Assembly (NCBI RefSeq): GCF_018350175.1
Contig: NC_058368.1
Location: 164,674,001-164,738,000 of the forward strand
Length of the DNA: 64,000 nucleotides
Source of the DNA: Felis catus
Taxonomy: Eukaryota
Direction of reading: 5' to 3'
Every line of letters begins with the position of its first letter. The first letter of the stretch is position 1. The position numbers and the translations under genes are program-made. The notes under the pieces were generated by a model, which was not told the DNA's origin, ran no database searches, and saw only the letters and a list, made by a program, of their open reading frames with translations. Positions 1 to 13,089 of this stretch are shown in pieces.

Positions 1-828
1 CAGAGAAAACAGATGCTATAAGGCAGCAGTTTATTTTCCCATCCATGTTCTGACCCCCAACCCATACCCTGTTAGGAGAGAGAAAGTATATGTCTCCTTA
101 CCTGAAGCTAGTTCTCTATATTCTGAGAGATCCCTCTGTTGCAATCTTCACATTCTTGCAGATTTTACAGATGAGCTTCTTCTTATTTTTTCCCTTATTA
201 GAATTCCTTTTAGTCTTTGTTCTGTAACCATACTGGCCTGCTCATAATGCCATAGGTCATGAGTAGTGCCTTTTTTCAGATACAATTTTTTTCAGAATCT
301 GAAATGAACATATATTTTACAATAAGGGAGTATCATAATTGAGTCATATTTTACCCTTCTTAATGTTTCATTAAAAAGCAGGACATCTTTAAGTCTAAGA
401 TACAATCATATTGATTAAAATGTTATTTCTGGAAAAAGCCTTTGCTCATATTTACTTTCTCCTCATTATCATTTCTTACCTAGTTCTTATTTATCCTTTT
501 GATTTAGCTTAACTATATTTCTACCAAGTATCTCGAATCCCTATATAATAAATTTGAGTTAAGTTAAATTAAACTAATTAAATTTAAAATGTGAAGTAGA
601 TTGTAACATATAAATAAATGCATGGTGTGATGGAAAGAACTCTGAAGCACAAAGCAGAAGAACTGGATTTAGGCTGGACTATAAGATTTGTCATTTGTGT
701 AAATTTCAATGAATCCCATAACCTAGGAGAAGTTGGCTAGTGCAACCTTATTTTTTAAAGAGTAGGAGAAAGGAGGTGACTTACCAAGGATACACAGCTA
801 CTTTGTGATAGAGAACAGAAACTTAGAT

Positions 829-1090
829 CAGAGACTGGCGCTTTTTTTTCTTTTCTTTTTTTTCTTTTCTGTGAGGTACCAGACAGTGAATATTTTAGGC
901 TTTGTAGGTCAGATAGTCTCTGTTGCATTTACTCAATAGATGAAAACAATCTATAGAATTAATGCAGTGAAGCATAATGTGTAATAGGTAAATAAATGAA
1001 TGAACCTGACTCTATTCCAACAACACCTTCTTTACAAAAAATTAGTGGAACATTGAATTTGGACCTTAGAATGTAGTTTGTCAACCTCTG
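829..1090. mobile_element. MER58A-like non-autonomous hAT-Charlie DNA transposon
   Basis: Recognisable motifs 'ccagacagtgaatattttaggctttgtaggtc..tagtctctgttgca' and terminal 'gtagtttgtcaacctctg'. Confidence 0.7.
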
Positions 1091-1415
1091 TTATACAGAA
1101 TAAGACAGAGAGCCAGTATTATCTCTGTTGTACAGACTATAGCATGTTTTGTGGATGAAAGTAAAGAAGACTGGGGGTGTAGTAGCTAAAAGGCAAGAAG
1201 GGAGGAAAGTAAGACAAGAAAACATGGCACATGTGGTTCTATGTTGGCTTCTTAGGTTGTTATCTTAAAATACATACAAATTAAGTGGATTTTCAACATA
1301 AATTTCTGGAGAGTTTTCTTTTTCAGATCAAAGTTTTATACATAAATTCACACTCTAAGTCAGTAATAAAAAAGGCTTAGTCATTTGTAATTTAATACCT
1401 TGCATACTAAAACTA

Positions 1416-1650
1416 TTTTTTTAATGTGTATTTATTTTTGAGAGAGAGACAGAGAGACATAGTGCAGGTGGGGGAGAGAGAGGCACTCTCTCTCATAGGC
1501 AGAGAGAGGGGGAGACACAGAATCTGAAGGAGGCTCTAGGCTCTGAGCTGTCAGCACAGACTCCAATGCGGAGCTTGAACTCACGAACCGTGAGAACATG
1601 ATTTGAGACAAAGTCAGATGCTTAACCAACTGAGCCACCCAGGTGCCCCT
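1416..1650 (-). mobile_element. SINEC (carnivore tRNA-derived SINE)
   Basis: Reverse complement of SINEC head 'gagccacccaggtgcccc', (GA)n tract, T-rich tail; TSD taaaact. Confidence 0.95.
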
Positions 1651-3699
1651 AAAACTTTCTGAAATCCTGTGATTTTAAAAGAAAACAAATGTTGTTCCAA
1701 ACCATTTAAAAAGCAGAAATCCAGGCCAAAGAAAGAAAAGGGTGGGGGGGGGAAATAAGTGCTTCAAAGATAGGTAGATTTATTTCATAAATAAGATAAA
1801 TTCTTAATTCCACAGGCTAGAAACAACTAAGGAAAAAAGAAAAAAAAAGATATCCTTTTTTTTTTCTTCTTTAACTTCATATGGAAAAACTAAGATAAAT
1901 TCTTAATTCCAGAGGCCATCAACTTCTTCCAGTGTGTTCCTCTTCCTTCTTTCTTCAGGTCAGTTGTTGATACTTGAAAGGGATATATAGGATTAAGTTA
2001 TTCTGAGTAATGAACAGTCCGAGTAATGGAATCAGGAGCTGTTTCATTGTCTGTGAAGATAGGAAATACGATGGCAACACTTAGTTATCTTTTTTCATAA
2101 ACTGATTCTAGAAACTAGGTCATAGGCCTTGACCCACTTGAGATGTAAAGTGACAGAATAAGGTTAGCCAGTGAAGACTCATAGATGAAGTTTTCATGCA
2201 TACATGACTAATGAAGAAAGAATAAAGCTTAAGAAAATAATCTTGGAGAATGTGAGACACCTGAGCTCCAGACCCGAGAAGTGATTGTTTCACGGCAAAA
2301 TGAATACAGATCCCAGTTGCTAGACTGGTGTTGACATTCTATGTTATAGGTTGTGTCAAAGACAATCTACGGGAGAGGCTGTCTACCTGCAGAAGGTCAT
2401 GGAGTTAAACTGTCCACCATGCTGACTTGGCACAGTGGCATTTATCACAGCACACAGGTTTCTTCTATGGCAAACAGAACCTTCTCAGGCGTGAGAAGAA
2501 ACCTGGCATTTTCTGCTACCTGCAGGCTTCTGTTTTTTGAAGCCAGGAAGGGCATCTGTAAAAGTTGGCTGCCTGCATGGCAGACCATGCAAAATGCCAA
2601 GGAGAGTGATTTATGTCCCATTCGCTGAGACTAAAGAGGAAATACACCCAGGTTTTAGTAGTGAAAGGTCAGGACAGTGAAACATTTTCATTACACTCTT
2701 TTCAGAAAACCTAGGGCAAAAGGCACACAGTTTCCACAAATTTCTACTTCCTGTGGCACTTGTATCTCTAAGACCTAAATTGAAATAGCTATTTAACTGC
2801 AATATCATTTTTTTTCTTTAAAATGTTAATTTCAGTGCTTCTCTTTCTCAAGGGTAAAAAGGTAGACTACATTTCTTTTGTTTAACCTATCTCTGTTTTG
2901 TTAAGTAAAACCATTAATTACATAAAGCATTTTTTAATCAGGTTCTTAAAATACAGTCAGGACACACAGCATGGGTAATTGCTGGAGTTAAGAATTATAA
3001 AGTTTCAAAGTTGGAAAGAAATATGAAGATCATTTAGGAGTCAAATGCCTTCATTTTTCCAAAAGTGTGAACTTGTGCCTTGGAAGTTAGACTAATTGCT
3101 GAAAATTCCCATGAAGAAAATAAAAAGAAAATAATAGAAATGGTTGACTTTTACCATATTGCTTCTAATTTTCATAACACTTACTAACATAGAAGTTGGA
3201 AATATACAGGTAAACGGCCAATGATGAATCCATTTTTATCCAATCTGAGTTTGAGTTTCTTTACTTGTCCATATGCTTAGAATTATTTCTTGACACTTAT
3301 CTCCTAGTGTCACTGTGTGAGGCCCCATGAAAGAGAGAGATAAACAGAACAGACCCTGTCCTTTTAAGGAAAAGAACTTCTGAAGCTTTGGTAATTCTCT
3401 CAAAAGTTACTCATCAAATGTAGTCATTTGAATAATTTATGTGATTATCATTATTCTGTTTTTGCAGTTTCTGAACACATAAGAGAAAAGGATAAAAAGA
3501 GATTCTTTTGTGTTGTGCAGTCTACTGGACAAGAGAACACATGTATAATCATACACATGAGTGCATTTTAATTTTTAAGTGGATGATCTTTTTTAGCTGG
3601 AAGAATAAATCTAAAAAGGAAACAAAATGATACGTATATTGGCACATCATAGCCATCCAAAGTCCAAAGTTTAAATTAAGTTCAAACTTGGTGTTACAT

Positions 3700-4495
3700 A
3701 TTCTGTAAATTTGGATAAATGAATAGACATGTGTCCATCATGGTATTGTATAGAGCATTTTCACTGCCTTAAAAATTCTCTGTGCTCTGCCAATTCATTC
3801 TCACTCCCTTAAACCATGGCAACCACTGCTCTTTTCATTGTGTGCCTTTCATTGTGTTGCCTCCACAGTGTTGCCTTCCCTAGAATGCCAAATAGTTGGA
3901 TTTACACAGTAATTGGCTTCTTTCACTTAGTAATATGCATTTAGGTTTCCTCCATGTTTTTTTATAGGTTGACAGCTCATTCCTTTTAGCACTGAATAAC
4001 ATTCCATTGTCTAGAATGGACCCCAAATTATCTATTCACCTACTAAAGGGCATCTTGGTTACTTCGATATTTTGGCAATTATGAGTAAAGCCACTATAAA
4101 CATCCGTGTGTAGGTTTTTATGAAGTTTTTGGTTCTTTTGGGTAAACACCAGGAAGCACAATTGCCAGGTCATATGGAAAGACAATGTTTAGTTTCATAA
4201 GAAACTACAAACTGCCCACCACTGTGAATGTACTATTTTGTATTTTGCACCAGAAATGAATGAGAGTTCCTTTTGCTCCACATCCTTGGCAGCATTTAGT
4301 CTTGTCAGTGTTTTGGAATTTTGCCACCCTAAAAGGTGTATTGTGATATCTCAATGTTATTTTAATTTGCATTTTTCTGATGACATGATGTGGAGCATCT
4401 TTCCATATGCTTATTTGCCATCTGGGTATCTTCTTTGGTGAGGTCTCTGTTCAAGTGTTTGGCCCAATTATTAATTGGATTATTTGCTTTCTTAA
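3700..4495 (-). mobile_element. Old L1M (L1MA/MB-like) 3' fragment
   Basis: Antisense L1 3'-end motifs 'ggcaaccactg', 'cttctttcacttagtaatatgcattt', 'gagcatctttccatatgcttatttgccatc'. Confidence 0.8.
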
Positions 4496-4642
4496 TATTT
4501 CTACAGAGATCTCTACACTTTCAAGTATTCTGCTTTCTTTTGTCTAATATAATACATATGCTTTTCAATATTTGTAGTATCTAAATAAATATAGAGAGGA
4601 CTTCTCTGTTACCAAATGGTCATCAAGAAACAATCATTAGAT

Positions 4643-4913
4643 GGGGCGCCCGCATGGCTCAGTTGGTTGGGCTTCCAACTCTTGGTTTTGGCTCAGGTCA
4701 TGTTCCCAGGGTTGTAGGATCAAGCCCTATGTTGGGCTTCAGGCTGAGCATCAAGTGTGGGGACTGCTTAATGCTCTCTCTCCCTCTCTTTCTCTCTTTC
4801 TCTCTTTCTCTCTTTCTCTCTTTCTCTCACCTTCTCTCTCTTTCTCTCTCCCCCTCTGCCCTCCTCCCCGCCCTTTCTCTGTCTAAAATAAGAAAAGAAA
4901 AAGAAAAAAAAAA
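4643..4913 (+). mobile_element. SINEC (older subfamily)
   Basis: ggggcgcc head, (CT)-rich body, A tail, approximate TSD atcattag. Confidence 0.9.
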
Positions 4914-5057
4914 TGATCATTAGGGTTTGTTGGTCAATGACATTTTAAATCAGAGACACTCATGTAACTGTAGAATATAAAATAAGCAATAATGATTAAA
5001 CTTAAATTGACAGTGTTTCTCACATGAAAATATTCTTTAATTTTAAAATGGGAAATA

Positions 5058-5302
5058 GGGGCACCTGGGTGGCTCAGCCAGTTAAGCATCTGCCCTCGGC
5101 TCAGGTCATGATCTCACAGTTCTGTGAATTTGAGTGCTGCATCTGCTGTCCAGGCAGAGGCTACTTCAGAGACTCTGTCCCTCTCTCTCTCTGCACCTCC
5201 CCCACTTTCTCTCTCTCTCTCTCTCTCCCTCTCTTTCTCTCTCTCTCTCTCTTAAAACTAAATAAAAACTTTAAAAAATTTCTTTAAGAAAAAATAAATA
5301 AA
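5058..5302 (+). mobile_element. SINEC
   Basis: ggggcacctgggtggctcag head, (CT)n, A tail, TSD aaaatggg(g)aaata. Confidence 0.92.
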
Positions 5303-5416
5303 ATGGGGAAATAAAAATTAATTAATTAATTAAAATAAAGGAGATGTGAGTTGCATTAAAATAAATGAGAAACAGAATGGGAAGAATAAAATTATAAGGT
5401 AGAAAATGACAGGGGA

Positions 5417-5653
5417 GGGGCGCCTGGGTGGCGCAGTCGGTTAAGCGTCCGACTTCAGCCAGGTCACGATCTCGCGGTCCGTGAGTTCGAGCCCCGCGTC
5501 GGGCTCTGTCTGGGCTGATGGCTCAGAGCCTGGAGCCTGTTTCCGATTCTGTGTCTCCCTCTCTCTCTGCCCCTCCCCCGTTCATGCTCTGTCTCTCTCT
5601 GTCCCAAAAATAAATAAACGTTGAAAAAAAAAATTAAAAAAAAAAAAAAAAAA
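5417..5653 (+). mobile_element. Young felid SINEC (SINEC_Fc-like)
   Basis: CpG-rich near-consensus sequence 'ggcgcagtcggttaagcgtccgacttcagccaggtcacgatctcgcgg', long poly(A), 14-bp TSD agaaaatgacaggg. Confidence 0.97.
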
Positions 5654-7194
5654 AGAAAATGACAGGGGAGAGCATGATGAGTCAAACACTTAGAGGATGT
5701 TTATTTGGGAAAATTATTTGTGACACCTTGCTCAAAACTAGGCTATGGGCTGAGTGCCATCATTTAACACCAAAATGGTAATTATTTGAATATTCAGTAT
5801 TTATAGTTATTTAATGCTTCTTCATCTTTAAACCTTCAAAATTTATTCTGAAGAGTATGGTATACTGTGCCTAGCCAGGAGGGAAAGTGTAGCATAAAAA
5901 GATTAGAGAAATATTGCTCTTAAGGTAGGAAAACTGATATTAAAGCAGTATTTGAGTCTTGTAGTAGGGATTCCTTTGTCCTACAGTAAATACTCCATTA
6001 ATGCTAATGAGACAGCATTGTTATTATTCAAAAATGAAAATAATATTGTATGTATAACTTTCATGTAGTCTGATTCTTCAAATGAAGTCCCTTACATATT
6101 TCCATATAAAACTGTTGGTTTTTTGGAAAGTATTTCTTTCAATGGAAAGCCATGTAATACCATGTTAAGTATTAAAGTCAAACTTCATTTTACTCTTTAT
6201 ATCCATGGCCACAATTTTCCATATATATGTATATATAAGGTTATACACACATGCAGACACTGATTAAAAAATATATCCTGTGTAATCAATTTTGCATGTA
6301 AAAGATTACTTATGGTTTTTTGTTTGTTTGTTTGTTTTTTCCTATTTGTTCCCTTCACCTGTGGGAAAAGTACAGACTTTTCAGAACCCATATAATATGG
6401 AGCAGGTGGGGCAATTAAAGTGAATTATTGTGTCTGAATTATCACTTCACCTTGATGGAAGCGTCATTGCTTCTATCCTATTGGTTAAGTGTTATTTTTC
6501 TTAATAAGAGCTACTTCCATATAAAGTATTTTTATTTTTATAGGATGCTTTAACATGAGATTTCAATATTGCTTAGTAGAATAAATTTAAACTTTGGCCC
6601 CAAAGCAAACTTTCAGAAAGTATTGTTTATATTTTTGAAATTAAATATTGGAAGAGTACCAGGAAAGGAAATAATTTGTTACGTCTTTTTTAAGCATTTG
6701 CATAATTTCTCTTGGAGACAGCCAGAATATCTTTAAATTTTGGAATTGAACATGAGAAGCAACTTGAGAGACATTATAAACAAGTACATAATAATTTGAA
6801 TGTCAGACTTAATCATCTATTAGTTATGTCATCTTGAGCATGTCACCATTGTTCCCTGGGTGTCAGTTTTTCAACCTGTAATGTAGGGGTAACAAAGACT
6901 ATTTGATGGAATTCAGTGTTGTTGTTGCAAGATAACATAGGTAAATTACCTATAGTTCCTGATACAATTAATAAATGTAGTAGTTTTCTCTGCACATTAT
7001 AAAGCAAGATGAAGAGCCTAAAATAGTCTAATGAATCCAGTGCTATTCCCATCTAAATTCTGGCCAAATAATTATTTTAATGACTAACCTTACACAAATA
7101 TAACCAATTTTGAGCAGCTTCAATATAGTGAGCAATAAAAAAGAAACAATTGTTCCAAACATTGCTTTTAATCGTGGTTTGTGTAATTTCTGTT

Positions 7195-7248
7195 TTGCAT
7201 AGATTCTGTGTTTCTGTGTTCAGTTGCATAGATTCTGTGTTTCTGTGT
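7195..7248. repeat. Tandem duplication, 25-bp identical copies, period 29
   Basis: ttgcatagattctgtgtttctgtgt occurs twice, separated by tcag. Confidence 0.9.
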
Positions 7249-8440
7249 AGAAAGTACAGTTTAAAATGCTAAACTCAAAGTTGGTTATATCTCATCTTCT
7301 CCCCAGACCTGAACCTTGGCTCAACGGTCCTACATAGTAGTGCCATAATCTACTTTTCCCTCCTTTTCCCATTATAGACTCTTGATATGAAAAAAAAAAA
7401 AAAGTGTTGTTCAGTGAATGGAAATTTACCTCTGGGAATAACATGCCCCTTTCTGTTCAGTCTCTAGCCCAGCCATTCACAAAGGGCAGCCAACACTCGG
7501 AAAGCATTAGAGAAATTTATGGGCAGTTTTTATCAGCTGTCACATTTGGTGGGCACCACTGGCAGTTGCTAGAAAGACGGTAGGTATCCTGCCATAATTG
7601 AAATACTACTTCACAATAAAAATGATCCTGCTTGACTACTGATTGGAGCTAATACCATTATGGGACTAATGCCACTACAAATATATATCAGCAGTACTTT
7701 AGCACAAAATAATATTGAAAAGTTTCATACGAAGGTGAATTAAAATCCTCATAATTTAGGGAAAATTTATTATAGAATGGGAAATTTAAATATTAGAAGA
7801 GTATTCTTTATATTATTGATAAATCATTCATTTTGTGCATTCTTCCTCCTTAATGCATAATTTTATGCACTGAAATATTGGGACTGAGTCAATAATGTCA
7901 CCTTTGTTTAATATTTCTTTTCATTAGTATTAGTGATACTTTATAGGTATGCCAGAGTGTCCCTTGAAGTTTTGTTGATAATACTTATAAAGCAAACTAT
8001 GTTCTGTAAAGTAGTTTTGAAAATCCAGCAACTCTTGTGCAAGTGTATGAACATTATTTACTACTCATTTTTCAGATCTTAATAAAATTCTTCCATGTTG
8101 AATATTTAATTTTCTCAACATGTTTTTTCAATTAAGTAGAATTTCATTTCACAATGAAAATAGCAAATAAACTATTACAAACTATTTGTAATATGATATA
8201 ACATTGGGTATCATTTTCCTGATTCTTCCAGTATTGAAGGTGTAACAGTAAAAGGAAAAAAAATACTAACCTACATGGCTACAGGCAGTCTCCATTCATT
8301 GTCTCTCTTTCATAAGTTGTCACTATTTTGTTATCATATGTTTCTATAATACAATGCTGGGAAAAAAATAAAAAAGGAAAAGAAAAAATAAACTAAAAAA
8401 TAATTAAAATTTAGTGTCAAACAATAGTTCAATAGTTTTT

Positions 8441-8620
8441 GGGGTGTCTGGGTGGCTCAGTCAGATGACTGTCTGACTCTTGATTTTAGCTCAGGTCATG
8501 ATCTCAGGGTCATGAAATGGAGCCCTGAGTCGGGCTCCATGCTGAGTGTGAGGCCTGCTTGAGATTTTGTCTCTCCATCTTTGTCTGCCACTCCCCCATT
8601 TGATCTCTTTCTTCCCTCTC

Positions 8621-8653
<33 letters not shown>
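8441..8653 (+). mobile_element. SINEC with long pure poly(A)
   Basis: ggggtgtctgggtggctcag head, about 30 A tail. Confidence 0.93.
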
Positions 8654-8657
<4 letters not shown>

Positions 8658-9235
8658 TATTCTGCTTACAATTCTTTTGACTAGGAATTTGAACAGCTCA
8701 CACAAGGATGGGTCTTATTTAATCCATGGCCTAAATTAGAGTAGCTCAAATGACTAGAGATTGCTAAAATGACTTAATCATATGTGTCTGAAACTTTGGC
8801 TCTGGTCTTTGCTGAGTAACTTTTCTTCTCCATGTAACACCTATTGGGTCTGGGAGTTCAATATGACTTCTTTATTCATTTGTCTGACATTTCAACTGGA
8901 ATGATTGGAACTCCTGTGGCAAGGAATCTCTGTCTTGTTCTGTGTCCTCTCCAATATGTCTAACTTAGTCTTTCTCACAGCATGACTGACCCATGATAGT
9001 TAATCTTCCTATGTGGGGTTGGACATCCCCAGAGCAATTCCAAGGGATCAAGGTAGGACTTATACTTAAGTTATTCAGTGTCACGTCTGCTATACTTTTT
9101 TGGTTACAGAGGACTAGCCCAGATTCATTGAGGATAAAAACTACACAAGACATGAGAAACAGGAGATGTGGTTCATTGAGATTGGGGGGAGATGTATGTG
9201 TGAGGGGAGCATGTCTTTGAAATTAGTTACCATAC
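8654..9235 (-). mobile_element. MaLR MLT1-type LTR remnant (probably extends left of the SINE)
   Basis: MLT1-like motifs 'cacgtctgctatactttttggttacagagg..agcccagattca', end 'ttagttaccata'. Confidence 0.6.
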
Positions 9236-10949
9236 CACACATATACCCGCTCTGTTCTGATTATGAGGGAATGAGTGCATTCTTTGGAGTGCCTTGCTTT
9301 ACCTCTTTTCTATTTCACTACTAATCATCTCCCACCTAAAGTATGCTTCTTAACATCTATCTTGCTTTTTATAAAATCCCATTGTCTGACAGGCAGCCTG
9401 TCAGTAGGGGTGCCAGCAGTCCTTAGCCTCTTCCCTGAGGTGCCCAGTTAACCAGTGAGAAACTCAAGCACTCTGTCCATACCAAATTTTGAAGTATTAT
9501 CAGCGTAAGATCTTTTCTCTCATTTATACTGTCTGTCTTCTCTCTTCAGTTTTACCTAGTTTCCGCCCCCTCCCCGCCTCTCCAACCAATACCCACCCAG
9601 CTAGACCCAGAGGTAGAATAAATATTCTATATAAGCCAACATTTAATTTCTAGGAATGATTCTCAGAAAGCTTTCTTATTTAGCTTCCAGTAAAGTACAG
9701 CACCCTTCTACTTTTCCCATTTAGAAGGAAAGTAATTTTCATTCATAGAGTATATTGTGCCTACGAACAAGCTGGAGATAACCTTTTCACTTCTCTTTCT
9801 TCTCTTCATTCTTCTGCTTTCAATATTTTAGCCAATTGTTGTGAATAAGAGGAGGTTGCTTATTTATTATGATTATGGTAGGGCCAGTTCTGCTTCTTCC
9901 TAAGGCTTGAATGAGAATATATGGCTCCAGTGGCTTTCTTTAGAATGCAGATAATCAATGTCCTTGGTTTTCTTTTGCCTGAATGCTTTAATAGCAATTC
10001 CAGGGAAACACAAATTTCCATTCAATATCTGATACAAACAACATGACCTTTTGTCTATACATTCCTGATTTATGAAAATATTCTGACTGACTGGAGTTTT
10101 CATTCTTGGGAAAGGTGTAACAAATTTCTTCCAAATGCATTATCATATAGACAGAGAGAATGGTACAAATAAATTTTGAAGGAATAACAATAACAAACAC
10201 ATATCTAATTAGATAAAATGACTTGCTGATGGTGAAATTGGTAGGAGCTAGAGACTTACTATATAGGCCTCTAGTAAAGGTTTTCTCCTTGGATAACAAG
10301 TTATTTAAGTAATTTGAACACACAAGGTGAAAATACTATGAAGGAAAGAAAAACAATGATTCTTTTCATTTTACTTTCTTTAGATAAATATAATATCCTC
10401 TTATTTAGCTTGTCACTTTATTTAATATGCAAATCTTATGTTAAAACACAGTCATCTCATATCGTATGAAAGAATTTTTCAAGGGCTACCTTCTACTGGG
10501 ACACCATCTTCCAGTGTTAACATGGGAAGCCTCAGTTAAAACTAGTAGGCATCACTGTGCAGAGAATAAAGACACTCCATTCAGTGCATCCAAATTCAGT
10601 TTATAGCTGACAGACCACAATGCATTGCTACTGTCAGAAGCCATCAGTTTTAGGATGGGTCAATTTGGAATGAAGTAATGAACTTTGGCTTAAGTAAAAT
10701 GGCAAATATTAGCTAACAGATGGCAATGATGTTAGTCATTTCTATCACATCTATTTATATGATAAATGGAAACAGAATTTGTGATTATAAATGAATAAGA
10801 TGATGTATTTGTTATAATTTATAATGTTTGTTATAATATATAATGTTATATTTTTTATAATAAGATGATATATTTGTTGTAAGATGATATATTTGTTATA
10901 TTCATTGATATATTTGCTATATATTTGTTTCCAAGTGACAGAAAGCCTA

Positions 10950-11362
10950 TGTATTATTATTGGTTAGGATTAAGATCGTCTGTGAGAGAAGGAAAATGCA
11001 AAATAACAGTTGCCTCATAAAAAAGCAGTTATTTATCTTTCATAGAAACATAAGAAGTTCAGAGTTGGTGTGGTGGCTCCAAAGATACAGAGAGCCTGCC
11101 TCCTTTTAACATTTTATAGTATTAACTTCAATGCACAACTTTTACCTTGTATATCTAGATAGCTGTTGGGAGCCTCACCCATTACATCCACATTTTAACC
11201 TGCAAAAAATGAGAAAGAAGGAGTGATATGGTCACATAAAGCTTCAAGGAAATGTGGGGGAATTAATTTATCCTTTTGTCTAGTGAGAGTTCTTCATATG
11301 TGTTCTGCTACTAAGGAAGGAAAGGAGAGCTATTGCGAGGCTTACTAGCAGTATCTGCCACA
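10950..11362 (-). mobile_element. Ancient MLT1-type LTR nested in an older LTR33/ERVL-like LTR (about 10920-11770)
   Basis: 'aaataacagttgcctc..atttatctttcata' and end 'gtatctgccaca'; flanks 'caagtgacagaaagcc' and 'cccaacttaaactaatttaag' rejoin. Confidence 0.5.
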
Positions 11363-12713
11363 CCCAACTTAAACTAATTTAAGTAACAATGGAAATGTTA
11401 AAAGGTGGGATGGTTTATTGTGAGAAGGAAGAACAACTGAATGGAGATAGACTTTCCAAAGCCACTCAGTTGTCTCCACTGTGCAGATGCTTCACATTTT
11501 CTTCTTAGGCTTTCCAGTTTATATTATACCAGACATAACTGCTGTCAATGCGGAAGCTTTGTGACTTTCCAGTTTGTCCCTGGAATATCTAATTCTGTTT
11601 CTCACATCCGTTGTCAAAATTCCCTGATGGTACTTTTGTTAGTCCAGGTTAGATCAGCCACCAATTTTTGAACCAATCAGCTGTCACCAGTGGAGCAGAG
11701 TCAAAGTATTTAAATAGGTATTCCTTTGTTAAACATTGGTGAGAAGGGGACCAGTTCCCAGAATGAATAGGAAATTAGACAAATGAATAATGCATTCTTG
11801 ACATCTGTGATTTACTTAACTATACAGTAATAATGATATTCATTAAGAAAAAAAATCTCTTATTAGTAAACTCTCAGAACTATTTGGTTTTCAATAGCAA
11901 AGATCTTTTGTTTTTTCCTTTCTAATTCATAAAGCACAGTGATATTTGATTTTCCAATTTCAGTGCTGGTCATTTATGATTTTGATTTATGGCATATTTT
12001 GAGATGTCTTACATTAGACTATTTGAATATGAAATATCTAATCTTCATTATGAGGTGGAAAAATATTGAACTTGTATGATATAAACTAATTTGATAATTG
12101 AGAAATCCTGATTAACGAAAGTTTCTTTTGTCAAAGTTGACTTTTTTTGCATGACTTACTCTCATGAAACAGTAGGTAGAGTGCTTCTCTAGTAGTAGAG
12201 AGTGCTTCTACCAATAGCCTGTGTGTGTTCTGTAATATCAAACCCAACCACAAATCTTCTTAAACTTTGGATTCTTCTATTTTATTGACCGTGTATAGCC
12301 AAGAGTTCTACTCATTACATCTCTGGGTCAAAACTTAATTGGCCTCACACAGTAGGCTATTTTCTTAAGACTTTAACAATTTCAAGTTGATTTGAATTAA
12401 TTAAAGTTAATAGTTTGGGGCTTCATTCTGAAGTTCATGGAAAGCAGAAAAAGAATACCTTTTTTTTTTCTAAGAGATTTTAAAAATAAACAAAAAGAGA
12501 TTTTGATTTTTCTTCTATCTATGTCCTGTCTAGTACATAATAAGAATAGCAGTGAGCAGGGTAGAATAAGAATCCCAGTAAGCAGTATGAATACCAGGAA
12601 TTTATTTCTGTTGCTCACTGTGATTCATCTTTCAGTATTCCATCTTACCCAGAAGAAGATAATTTTCTATAGATGCAAACAGATGGGGCAGGAAGGCTTC
12701 AAAAATACTTCTA

Positions 12714-12948
12714 GAGGCACCTGGGTGGCTCAATTGGTTAAGCACCTAATTCTTGGTTTCAACTTAGGTCAAGATCTCACCATTCATGTTATGGAGCCCT
12801 GTGTCAGACTCTGTGCTTACAGCACTGAGCCTGCTTGGTACTCTCTCCCTCTCCCTCTCTCTCTGCCTCTCTGCCCTTCCCCTGCCATACTCTCCCTCTC
12901 TCCTTCCCTTTCTTCCTCTCTCAAAATGAATAAATAAACTTAAAAAAA
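12714..12948 (+). mobile_element. SINEC
   Basis: SINEC head, CT-rich body, A tail; TSD aaaaat(c)acttcta. Confidence 0.92.
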
Positions 12949-13089
12949 TCACTTCTAAATCATTCACACATACAACTACAATCATTCAGACATAGAAGTA
13001 TAACATATACTACTTAGGTTGGTAATATATAGATGAATGTTTTTAATCACCTACAATTTACCAATATTCCTACATGAACTTTACCAGTG

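Noticed and set aside
5417..5500. tRNA-like A/B boxes in SINE heads
   Set aside because: tRNA-derived SINEC heads, not tRNA genes
10790..10925. Spaced repeats of taagatgatatatttgtt
   Set aside because: Irregular AT-rich slippage duplications; not CRISPR-like (mammalian DNA, no regular spacers, no cas genes)
12437..12937. 166-aa ORF
   Set aside because: C-terminal half is SINEC translation and the N-terminal half is low complexity
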